From: Octopus vulgaris
Lineage: Eukaryota
Assembly (NCBI GenBank): GCA_951406725.2
Contig: OX597814.1
Span: forward strand, 83,142,001 to 83,206,000
Direction: 5' to 3'
Length of the DNA stretch: 64,000 bases
Notes under the pieces: model-generated
What the model was told of the DNA's origin: nothing
The model's input: the letters and a program-made list of their open reading frames with translations, nothing else
Databases searched by the model: none
In this document: in pieces, positions 39,019 through 50,122 of the stretch
Layout of the letters: each line of letters starts with the position of its first letter
How positions within the stretch are numbered: the stretch's first letter is position 1
Made by a program: the position numbers and the translations under genes

Positions 39019-40444
39019 GTGAGTAAAAGCATATTTTGGTTAATATTTTGTAAGTTACTATGTATGCCTGAAGAATTTGTCGTTTCTTATTCAGTTCAAG
39101 ATCCATCAAACATTACAGCATCAATTATTTGACCAAATTTTGTTTTGTAGCTCTGTTGCTGAGATCACAGGGACTTTCTTGATTCTTTGAAAAACCCAGG
39201 AGCATGAATTTGAAATGAGTCTCTTGACATTTTTATCATATATGCTTCTTTCAGTCATTAAATTTGGATACTTGCAGTTAAGTACTGGCCTTTAAAAAAC
39301 ATAATGCTGAACATTAGATTTTAATATATTTTTAAAGTTACATGCCATAGGTCTATATAACAATACAATCTGTTTGCATGTAGTTAAAAGATGGAAAATA
39401 GATAGAAATTGAGCAAGCACATAAAATGAACAAAATAGATAAGGAATTAGACTACTTACTCTTAAATTTTAAGTTTAAGCATTTTACTCTGTTTCTGAAT
39501 AGAACACAATATTCTGCATTGCTTTAATTCACCAATCTGTTTGGAATATCTTCCAGATCATCTGAGAATGTTAAATGCAAATGATTAGATTAGATTGTTC
39601 TTTCCAGTAGAATATTTCTCTCTCATCCATATAATGCCATGAAACCAGAGTTAAGTACTGGCCTTTAAAAAACCCCTTTGGGCTTAGGAGAATTTTGATT
39701 TTCAGATAAGCGCAAATGCTGTGAATATATGAATCAGACACCAAGACACATGTGCACTTACAAACAAACACTCATGCACTCTATAATCATGTAGCATGAG
39801 TCCTGGAACAGAAAACATTAAATATTCATTTACATCAGGAGTGGTTGTGTGACTAAGAAGCTTTCTTCCCAACCATGTGGTCTTATAGTCAGTCTCACTG
39901 TACAGCATGTTAGACAAGTGTCTTCTACTATAGCCCAGACCAACTGGAAACTGAAAGAAGCATGTCATATATATATATGTACACATATGTGTTGTTGGTT
40001 ATGACCAGTCAGAAAGTTACCCTTGATTTCACATCTATTATTGCTCTTAGCAATATAGCTGACTCATCAGACCTGCTGGCCAGAAGCACATAACCTTTTT
40101 ACTAATGGAGGTAAAAATACAATCTTGTTCAGCATGGTGGTGAAAAAAAAACCCTGACTAGAAATTCTTCAGAGCCTGATGGAGTTATCTCCCTTCGAAT
40201 GGTTCCAGTTACGTCCAAAAGCTTTTTAAATTCAAAACCAAGGTGTACATAAAATATTACTGCTAGAATAAAATTTTTTATAATGTGTTATTTTTTTTTT
40301 ACTTAGGGACAACTGACCAATTATATGTGTGTGTGATTGTATATATGTGTGTGATTGTATATATGTGTGTGTATATATATGTGTGTATGTATATGTGTGT
40401 TCTGTATGTATATATGTGTGTGTATGTATATATGCATACATATA

Positions 40445-41263
40445 TTGGGTCATTCCATATATAATGCAGTTTTTTATACTTCTTTTATTTTTCAAAATCA
40501 AGATAAACAAAAGTCTTTTTTAATCTAAAATATACTCTCCTTCATATTATACAATGTTTTCCCATCTATCTGATAGACTTGCAAGGCTCCTCTTCCAAAA
40601 TTCACTTGTCCGTGATGAAAATTACTCCATCTACAGAATTCATATTTTTTCCATCCAAATAAATGATAATCAGATGGGGCAATGTCTAGCAAATATGCTG
40701 GGTAGGGCATCATTTCCCATTCAAACTGCTCCAGCCTTTGGAATGTCATCTTCGTTGTATGTGGTCAAGCATTATCCTGAAGAACACCTTTCATCTTGAA
40801 ACCAAAGATGGTTGTTTTTCTTCTAGTGCTTACTTGAATGACCAAATCCAAGCTTTTCTGCTAGTTCCTCAACAGTTATGATGGGATTTTGTTCCACCAG
40901 GGTTTGCAGGACATCCTCATCAAGCTCTACAGATCTTCCAGGATGAGTCTCATCTTCTAGTTTGTAGTTTCCAGCCTGGAATTTCTGGAACCACCATTGA
41001 CACTGGCTTACACTTATTGTCAAATCTCCCTCACACTTTCCATTGCATTTTTGCCTTTATTGAACTCATAAAACAAAATATGCCAAATATTCTTCTTTGT
41101 CATTTCCATTAATAACTGTTAAAATCAAACTGCACTCTTCAAAACTTGCACTAAGAATAAGGACAATGTAAAATTACTACCTGCTTTTATAGCAAGTTGA
41201 TGCAGTTAGTTTATCCCATCCCCCTCCAACTTTTAGTTCATGCAATTGAAAAAAAATGCATTA

Positions 41264-41266
<3 letters not shown>
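40445..41266 (-). mobile_element. Mariner family 1 copy C, with a ~400 bp internal deletion and a clipped 5' TIR
   Basis: 3' TIR plus TA at 40443-44; ORFs 40823-41023 and 40525-40749 are transposase pieces; deletion junction at ~40832; 5' TIR runs into (GT)n. Confidence 0.93.
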
Positions 41267-41296
<30 letters not shown>

Positions 41297-42016
41297 ATGT
41301 CTCATTGTGTTCTTATATTTGTTCCCCACCACCACTTGACAACACAACCAGTGTTGGTTTATTTACATTCCCATAATTAATGGTTTGGCAAAAGAAAGTC
41401 ATAGTATATGAGGCTTTAAAAAAGTACTAAGGTCAATTTCTTAGCTAAACCCTTCAAAATGGGTTGTATACATGAAATTCTTACTGTTATGCCTTTGGAG
41501 TTTGAATAGTATGGTTTCTCCTTCACGATCAGCTAAACACTGAGTTGAGTTATCAAAATTTTTCCAAAATTACATTGCCTTGCATCTGTGCATCAGAAAA
41601 TATAATTTCAGCTTGTTAACTAATTTTATCAGACTGAGCAAACTTCATTCTTAAGCTTCCATTGAAATAACCTGTTTTTTCTGACCAGATTTTCATCTGA
41701 TCTCTTTTTCAACCTTACTGATAATTTCAAATAATAGCAGTGTTGAGACAACAGAATATCAGATCAGATGCTTTACTATAGTGTGTTTGTTACTACACTG
41801 CTCTGATATCAAATATTATCATTGACTACTCTCCTGCAAAAATTGGTCTTCTTTTGAAGTGATCTAGCATGGAAAACGGACGCTAAACGATGATGATCAT
41901 CATCATCCTCATCATCATCAAAAAACCTACCCCATTTTGAAATCATTCTGTTTGGTTAAGAATGTGTCTATGTAAATGGAGAATGGAGTAATTTTTACTT
42001 AAACCTGAATGAATTC

Positions 42017-42745
42017 AGACAGAAGTGTAGCTGTGCAGTAAGAAGCTTGTTTCCCAACCACATGATTCAGAATTCAGTCCAACTGTGTGACACCTTAGGC
42101 AAGTGTCTTCTATAGCTTCAGGCCAACCAAAGCCATGTGAAAAAAACTGAAAGAAACCTGTCATATATTTGTGGCACATAAAAAGTACTGTTTGGGTGTA
42201 GGGCCTTATGGAGGCAATGACAAGTGACCAAGACCTTTGGTGATATACTGTGCCTGTGTAGACTTGTTAAGCCAAGTGAGGTTATAGTTGTGGTTGATGC
42301 TGGTGTCATATCAATGGCACATAAAAAGCATCCACTACACTCTTGAAGTAGTTTGTGTTAGGAAGGGCATTTAGCTGTAGGAACCTTGCCAAATCAGATT
42401 GGAACCTGGTGCAGCTCCCCGGATTACCAGTTTGCAGTCAAACCATCCAATCCATGCCAGCATAGAAAGTGACCTTTAAATGATGATGATGATATATAAA
42501 TATGTGTGTCTGTGTGTGTCTTCGTATCTATGTTTGTTCTCCCCACCACCACCACCATCACACTTGACAACTGGTACTCTTGTGTTTATGTCCCCGTAAC
42601 TTAGTTTGGCAAAAGAGACTGATAGAATAAGTACCAAGCTTTTAAAAAGTAAGTACTGGGGTCAATACATTCGACTAAAAATTCTTCAAGGTGGTGCCTC
42701 AGCATGGCCATAGTCTAATGACTGAAACAAGTAAAAGATGAAAGA
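42017..42745 (+). mobile_element. SINE family A with an RTE 3' fragment (42170-42495) inside its central microsatellite
   Basis: Head to 42165, then RTE ORF end/3'UTR with (GAT)n tail, then the (TG) tract and family A tail. Confidence 0.8.
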
Positions 42746-44031
42746 TATTTGTTTCAGAGGCCACTACATTGTGATCTAACCTGCTAGAAATAGCAGCCAA
42801 ATCTCTTTCAAAATCACATCCTTATCATAAAAAGGGAAAATCATATTCGATAATGTAATCCCAAATATACTGTCTGAAAAAATGACAGAACAATCATGAC
42901 TGAATTGCGTTTGATCATAGGTTGGTTCAAAGATGGCTTATGTGAAGCTATACAACTTCAGTTTGATTTACTATTTATCATCACACTACAATCAGTCATT
43001 GCATCAAGAAGATTTTATGGTTAATAATTCTCAGTTAGCCCCTCTCTCTATCCTGAAGGTTAGATAAAAGTTATGGTTTTGCTTGAAATATTACTAATGA
43101 TAGAGAAGGGATATAGTTAGTAAGTATTCCAGATGGATGCAGAACTGAGTAAGGATTGCAGAAACTGTTTATTATGATGTAATTTGGGATGTGAAAGTCA
43201 TAACGTGAGTGTTGAGATGAAAGAAAGGATTATGTGAGCGCTGTATAGAGTCAGCAATTTCAGAGCAGCAGAACCATTGTTGCAGCAGTAATTGTTAAGA
43301 GAAGGAAAATGGATTATTTTATTGGCAAACGAGTTAGAAGAAAGTCTTCAGCATTGTATATGTTCAATGAAAATAGGAAAGGATAGAAGAAAGGTAGCTG
43401 GATTATAAGACAGTTTCTGAGAGGTTTTAATCAAACTTAGTCAACATATTAAAATCAACATATTAAAATAGAGCAACTGGAAATCAGTTGCTAAATATAT
43501 ATAACTAGCAGAGGGAGCCCCTACAAGAAATAGAAAACTGTAGGATCTGAGAGAATTAACACTTATGTTGGTTTCTATGCTCTTTATAATGTTCACAAAT
43601 TTTTGTGAGACACGTGTGAAGTTAAAATACTGGACTATTAATTCCATAGATATGGGCTGAAGCCATACAGTTACATGTTATATTGTGTCTTCATGCTAGA
43701 CACATAATTATGTTTCTCAAGTGACAAACAGGCTTTGTATTTACATCTCATTTGAGTGATTATCATTAGGAACTGTAAAAGTGTACAAATATTCAATTTT
43801 CAAAATTTTTATGTTAAACTCCATTCTACATATTTTATCATGAATAAATGCACGTATAATTTCAAAGCTCCTTGAATAAATTTCAGCTTGAGTTCTATAT
43901 TTAAGAATATATTATTTACATTTGACAGATATTTGTCCTCATCTTGTTTGTTTTTAACACGTTTCAGCCTTCATCAGGTGTCTTGGGGGAAATTTGAACC
44001 TGGGTTCTCATACCTAAGGTATTTTTCGATG

Positions 44032-44092
<61 letters not shown>

Positions 44093-44093
44093 T

Positions 44094-44267
44094 CAGTTGT
44101 TTTATTTTTATATCATGCTTTCACTTCACCACCGAGCACAGCTCTGTGTGACTTGGGTATGTGCTGTGGTTTGTTGTGATACTCTTATGGTTACTGCATT
44201 GAAAGTGTTTTGCGTAGGATGTGTGCAGTGCCTAGTAGTGCTATTTTCTGTATGTTATATATATTTA
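44094..44267 (-). mobile_element. 5'-truncated R4/Dong LINE inserted in the (TTA)n of the palindromic element
   Basis: YNIQKIALLGTAHILRKTLSMQ* (typical R4/Dong C-terminus), short 3'UTR, (TAA)n on both sides. Confidence 0.85.
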
Positions 44268-44377
44268 TGATTATTATTATTATTATTCAGACAGGCAGTG
44301 ACCTGAATAATGATAATAACAATAACAACATCAAAAAATACCTTAGGAATGAGAACCCAGGTTTGAAATTTCCCCAA

Positions 44378-44420
44378 GACACCTGATGAAGGCTGGAGGG
44401 TATATCAGCCAAAACGTATT
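44378..44420 (+). ncRNA. Hammerhead ribozyme motif, probably inactivated
   Basis: gacac CTGATGA a ggctg gagggtatat cagcc aAAAC gta; G12 mutated to A. The mirror copy at 43956-43982 (-) keeps GAAAC but has lost most of stem II. Confidence 0.6.
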
Positions 44421-44979
44421 AACAACAAACAAGATGAGGACAAATATCCGTCAAATGTAAATAATGTAAATTTCAGCTTCTTTAATCTAAATTGATTCTC
44501 CTGACTATTGTTCTAGTTAATTATGGGTTCACTCTACTGTTGGACTGACTTCAATTAGTCAGATTTTCTGTTGCCCAAATAGATAATGGTCCTTAAGAGT
44601 TTGCTGCTTTTTCTGGTTAAGGGCACTGGTGTGAACTTCCAAGAGATATTTTGCTGAGTACAAAAGTGATGTGGTAATACTAATACCAGTTTAATGAGTT
44701 GCTATTTAAACAAAGAGTTTTGTATGTGTGTGTGTGTGTGTGTGTGTGTATGCATACACACACACCTGTATTACCTTCTGTGAAGTAAGATGTGCTCACA
44801 ATGTCTTGTTGCTAGTTATTCTTTGCAATCTAACTGAAGTAAACCAAGAGGAATTCCTGATACAAGCCTGTATGATATAATGTACCTGCTCAGAAAATGC
44901 AGTCAAATCTTCCTCTAGAATAGCATGATCATAGTTTCCTAGGGACATTTTTTAAACTTGTGTTGTCTGAAAGATCAAA

Positions 44980-45330
44980 GAGTCCCCATGGCCTGTGCAG
45001 ACTGGTGAAATTGATGCTGTTAGTGATCTGTTTAAAATGTTGCAAGATGACATCTGCAGGAAAGAAGACATAAGGAAGAGGAAATTTCCGAGGCCTTTGA
45101 TCTGGAAGGGAATGACTAGTTGTAATGGTTAGTGTAAAGCCTGAATGTTTGGAAGAAGGGTAGTTGGATGCCCATGGGTGATGAAAGGTGGAAATACAAA
45201 GAAGTCAGGTGTATCTGAGTGGAGGGGCACAAAACCAACCAACTCTAAAGAACAGAGGTTTTCATAGAGTGGCTGAAAGCAGAGCTAGCAGAGAGCACAT
45301 AGGACTACATCTGGAAATGTAGAAGAAATG
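44980..45330 (-). mobile_element. Decayed CR1-like LINE 3' end (similar remnants at ~43020-43440, 50480-50760, 60410-60650, all minus)
   Basis: Purine-rich plus-strand tracts resembling each other and 6960-7260; only weak protein motifs remain. Confidence 0.45.
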
Positions 45331-45648
45331 TATTAATTATTGATTTTTTGCCTTCAATTAACTAATACTTAGCAGTGATATCTTTGTTAAATTGGGATTG
45401 CTAACATTATATTATAATAAAACTATCAAATTCATAAGAAGTTTTCTACAGTGTAACTGCTTAATCTCCCTCAGAAACATTAGAACATCTGTAAATTGTG
45501 GATCTTGAGGTGCTAAATTTTAAAACAGCATGTCTTGTAGGAGATAACTATAGCTGAAACATCACAATGCAAAGAAGTATAACTACAAACCAGATATATC
45601 TGCACATATAGAGTATTTGCTTGGATATATACACGTCATATTTTCCAG

Positions 45649-45695
45649 TAGAAATAATTGGGACTACTAATCGTACAAAATCTGAGAAAGTTGAG
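45649..45695 (+). CDS. Candidate penultimate exon (x)EIIGTTNRTKSEKVE
   Basis: tattttccag acceptor, gag|gtaaga donor, single open frame, ends in phase 0. Confidence 0.45.
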
Positions 45696-45941
45696 GTAAG
45701 ACTCATACTGAGTCTTTGTGAACAGAAACATCTTGTGCAAGCAAACTCTTGAAAATATTGATACAATTCAAAACATTTTTTTTTACATTCAAGCTTTTAC
45801 TAAGAAGCTGATATAATCTTTAATCAGGCTTTGATTTCACTCTTTTAGTACTGGTTTATTGCAATGAGACTAATCTAATAATTATGTTTAAATATTTCTA
45901 TTTTTTCTCATTTTATTTTTTCAACAAAATTTGTCTTTCAG

Positions 45942-46001
45942 GAATTGAGCAACAATTGCAGAATTCACAATTTATTTAATCTGAAAGAAAACAAAACATG
46001 A
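45942..46001 (+). CDS. Candidate terminal exon ELSNNCRIHNLFNLKENKT*
   Basis: Long T-tract and tctttcag acceptor, in frame with 45649-45695; AATAAA at 46024-29. Confidence 0.4.
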   Translation, partial: ELSNNCRIHNLFNLKENKT

Positions 46002-46496
46002 TACTATTTTCCTGATCATTCTAAATAAAAATATTCTATAAAAAAAATTGTGACTAGCTCAAATCTATAATCTTAATCTCACAAAATGATAACATCATAT
46101 CTTTACTATTTTTTTGAAAAAGAATTGTCTTTTTTTTTCATTCTTTTAATGGAAAGCATCCAAATGATGCAGCATTTTCCATTAAGATATTTGAGAGATA
46201 TCAAGATAAAAGCTGTTATCAAACTGTATGACAGAAACAATGTTATATGAAAATTCCTTTTCCTTAGCTTCAATTTTCTTCTTTCATTAGAATGTAAAGA
46301 ACAAATCAGATATTTAGCTGCATATTTTCTTCCAACCTTTCTTTACTCAGTTTTCATCCTCTCTTTCTCCTAATCTCTCTCATCCATTTATTTGTTCATT
46401 CTCTTTTTTTTACATATACATTTTTCTTCTTCCAATTTTCATTCATTCATTCATCTTCTTCTAGGCTATAATATGCTTTTCTTTATCTCTCACTTT

Positions 46497-46537
<41 letters not shown>

Positions 46538-48261
46538 ACTACCCCCACAAAATACATTATATAAACTGATAAAGCTTCAAGATTTTGTGAATAAAAAAAT
46601 ACAAAATTTTTCTCCTCATACAATTGATAAAAATGGTATAAATCATAAAGTTCGCTCATAACCTTCAGTCATAATATGACATTCAGCAGACTTATAACCA
46701 TGCACACACACACATATAGTCATTGAGGGATACTACTTACCCACTACAATATTTCCATATATTTCACACTTCTTGCACTATTTCTTAATATAGTGTGATG
46801 ATATTTCAGCATACATTTATTCTATAAAATCATATTCAGAGTTTTGTTGTTATTATCTTTAGCTCATCTTCTTTGACTACCAATACATACACATACATTC
46901 TTCTCCCTCGTTCACTCTCCTTTCTCCCCACCCCAATTCTCATTTCCTTTGTTGTGTGATAAGTTTCTCTCCGTCTTGTCTTTTAAGACACGCATCTCAA
47001 TGACCTCATACTTATATACTCGCTGTATTGTATCTTTAGATAGCCTGTATTTTCTTTTCTGCACCCACTCACCCTCTCTCCCCAACTAATTATGCACATG
47101 CACTTGCATATATATAGTTTCTGAAGTAATACGTATATGGTGATTATTGACTACCTATTATAATTTGAATATATGAGTTCTCTGTAGTTGTTGATGTCAA
47201 AAATGTTTTAATGGGTCTTATAGATAGAAATGTTATGATCTTCAGACATGTAGAAGCCAAAATGAATAAGGTATTGAAGTCTGTATCTTCTGCATATCCA
47301 TTTACATACACACACACACACCACACAAACACAAACACACATTTAGTGTATGTTAATATTTAGACATTGTAGCCATGCTGTGAAAGCATTGCTGACCAGT
47401 AGTCTAGTAAGGTGGTAGCGGTGATGGAAAGAAAAGAGGTTTGTTAGCCATATAAAGTTAATTCTAGCAATGTCAGTGCTTAATTCCAGTTTCTGTAGCA
47501 TTAAGTAAGTAAGAGATAAAAATGTCTTTACATAGGATAACTAATCTATGGCAGTTAACTTTCTTAGATTCTTGTATCTATTTTTCCATTGACATGAACT
47601 GAGGCATGTAGAATGAAGTAGTCTGTTCTAGAAACACAATTCCTGCATTAGATATTGATACAACAATGATGATGATGGTGGTAGTGGGGATGGTAGGACA
47701 GTGGTGGTGACAGTAGCACCAGTGCTTCCCATGAATTGGTGATTCGGGGTTTTATCGACATTGTATCTTAACACACATAAATGCATGCATACATATATAC
47801 ACACATGCGCATGCACATAAACATACATACATAGATACAAATACACATTGCAAAAGCTTATTGTCTAAATACTTTCCTAATTATCAACATCATCATTATT
47901 ATTATTATTATTGCAACATTTTTTTAATTTTTCGCCAAGGGTTAGAGAGATCAGCTATATGGCTGGCTCAGATCTGCCTGTGTTATGTGATTTGTGTGAT
48001 CCAGTATCAATAACCTTTTATGGACATCTCACATCGCTCATATTCACTTTTATTTTGCTTATCCCCATCCTAACATTCACTTATATGTGTCTGTGTACAC
48101 ATAACTTTATATACAAACATGTGGTGTATGTATATATACTTGCACACAAAATGCGCATATATATATATATGATATCCACACATTACATACATTCTTTTTC
48201 CTTTTTACATGGGCCATACTGGGCACCACTTCAAAGTGTTTTAATCAATTATATCAACCCA

Positions 48262-48662
48262 TTTTATCTTTTATCGTGTTTCAGTCATTAGATTGGGGCT
48301 CTACTGGAGCACAACCTTGAAGAATTTTAGTCAAATGAATCAACCCCAGTATTTATTTTTTTAAAGCCTAATACTTATTCTTTTTATCTCTTTTGTCAAA
48401 TTGCTAAGTTACAGGGATGTAAATACACCAACATCTATTGTCAAGTGATGGTGGAGGACAAGCACAAAGACACACACACACACACCTATATACATATGAC
48501 AGGTTTCTTTCAGTTTCCATCTACTAAATCCACTCACAAGGCTTTGGTCAACCCAAGGCTATAGTAGAAGACACTTGCCTTAAGTGTCATGCAGTGTGAC
48601 TTAACCTGGAGTCATGTGGTTAGGAAGCAAACCTCTTAACATACAACCACACCTGTGCCTAT
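48262..48662 (-). mobile_element. Full-length SINE family A copy (extra fragments at 48200-48260 and 48795-48950)
   Basis: Colinear with 7508-7885 and 33860-34210. Confidence 0.88.
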
Positions 48663-48974
48663 TTTATTGCTCTTTATTTATCAAATAGCCAAGTTTACCA
48701 GTTTGTCCTCTTAGAGAGTTACCTTCTGTATGAATTTAAATATGGCACGCTATTTACATCAGTATTAACATGCACATGCATACACACTTCTATGTGGCAG
48801 CTTCTGCACAGTTTTTGTCCACTACATTTCACTCACAAAATATTTGTTAACTTGAGACTCTTGTAGAAGATACTTGTCCAACTTACACAGTGGGGTCAAG
48901 TATGGAATGGTGTGGATGGATATCAAATTTAATCCTACAATCATGCTTACCCCCTATTTTAATTATGTAATAAT

Positions 48975-49180
48975 CTTTTCTGTTATAGGCACATGCCTTG
49001 AAACTTTGAGGTAAGGGACTAGTCAATTAAATTGACCCCAGTACTGAACTGCTACTTATTTCATTGGTCCCAAAAGGACGAACAGCAAAGTTGATTTCAA
49101 TGATGTTTGAGCTCTGAATGTAAAGTCAGAAGAAGTGCTGCTTAGCATTTTGTCTGGCATAGAAACAGTTCTGCCAGATC
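48975..49180 (-). mobile_element. SINE family C-related copy
   Basis: Reverse complement ctggcagaactgtttctatgccagacaaaatgctaagc...aaatcaactttgctgttcgtccttttggg. Confidence 0.75.
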
Positions 49181-49965
49181 TGTAATGCTTAAGATATATA
49201 TGCTCTTACTAGGTTTTATCTGTTATTTCTTTATTCTGTGTTTTTGAATATTTGAATATGTTCTTTGAATTATATGGTAAATAGTTCAGCTTCTTTAAAA
49301 CATTCTTTACTCTGCTTTCTTTTTGTTTTTCTTCTTTTGCATTTGATATTTGAAAGGAGGCTTGATAGTAAAATGCAAATCCAGTCCATACAGCCAGTAG
49401 CTTAACAGTTAAATGTATGACTAGACATGCGATGATGTGGAAACCTTCAAATGTAAAATAAAAATAAATAAATAAAATAAAATAAATAAAATAAAATAAA
49501 TAAAACAATAAATAAAACCTTCAAGTTGTCTCTGAAATGTAAAGTATTTATTTTTTTAGTACATGAAGTATTGTGATGTAGAAATCTTAATGGACATTGG
49601 ACTGTCCAACACCAATGTTGACAGAAATCATCCAATATCAAACAGCAGTTATAGTGAGTCTCATCTATAGATTTTCTTTTAATACATAGTATTAGTTTCT
49701 TCTGACTATACACAGTGCTCTATGGTTTAGAGGAAGGGATGTAAACATCATTTCCGTAGGATATTAGTAACATATATGAAGTGAAATGACTTTGAGACTT
49801 GAAATTGCATTGCTAATTCACCTTATGAGAAGTTTACTTCTGTTCTGTGATGTTAACCACTGGAATATGTGGTATCGTTTTCTTACATAGGCACAAAACC
49901 ATGTTCTTTAGAGGCAGTATATAGTCAGTACTTGACTGTTTAACCGTCAATATGAGGCATCAGTA

Positions 49966-50122
49966 AGGTAATGAGCTGGCAGAATCATTACCACCATTAA
50001 CATCTTAACATTCCGAGTTCAGATTCCACTGAGGTTGACCTTGCTTTTCATCCTTTTAGTGTTGATAAAATAAGTACCAGTTGAGCACTGGAGTTAATTA
50101 CCTTGTACCAAAATTTGAAACC
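49966..50122 (+). mobile_element. SINE family C copy with degenerate TSD
   Basis: Head aaggtaatgagctggcagaatc; flanks caatatgaggcatca / cagtatgaggaatca. Confidence 0.8.

Larger units (their letters stand above)
43890..44466. mobile_element. Palindromic hammerhead-bearing element with 13-bp target-site duplication
   Basis: Direct repeats taaatttcagctt at 43877-89 and 44467-79; inverted arms meet at a 12-nt spacer (44291-44302); CTGATGA...GAAAC/AAAAC in both arms. Confidence 0.8.
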
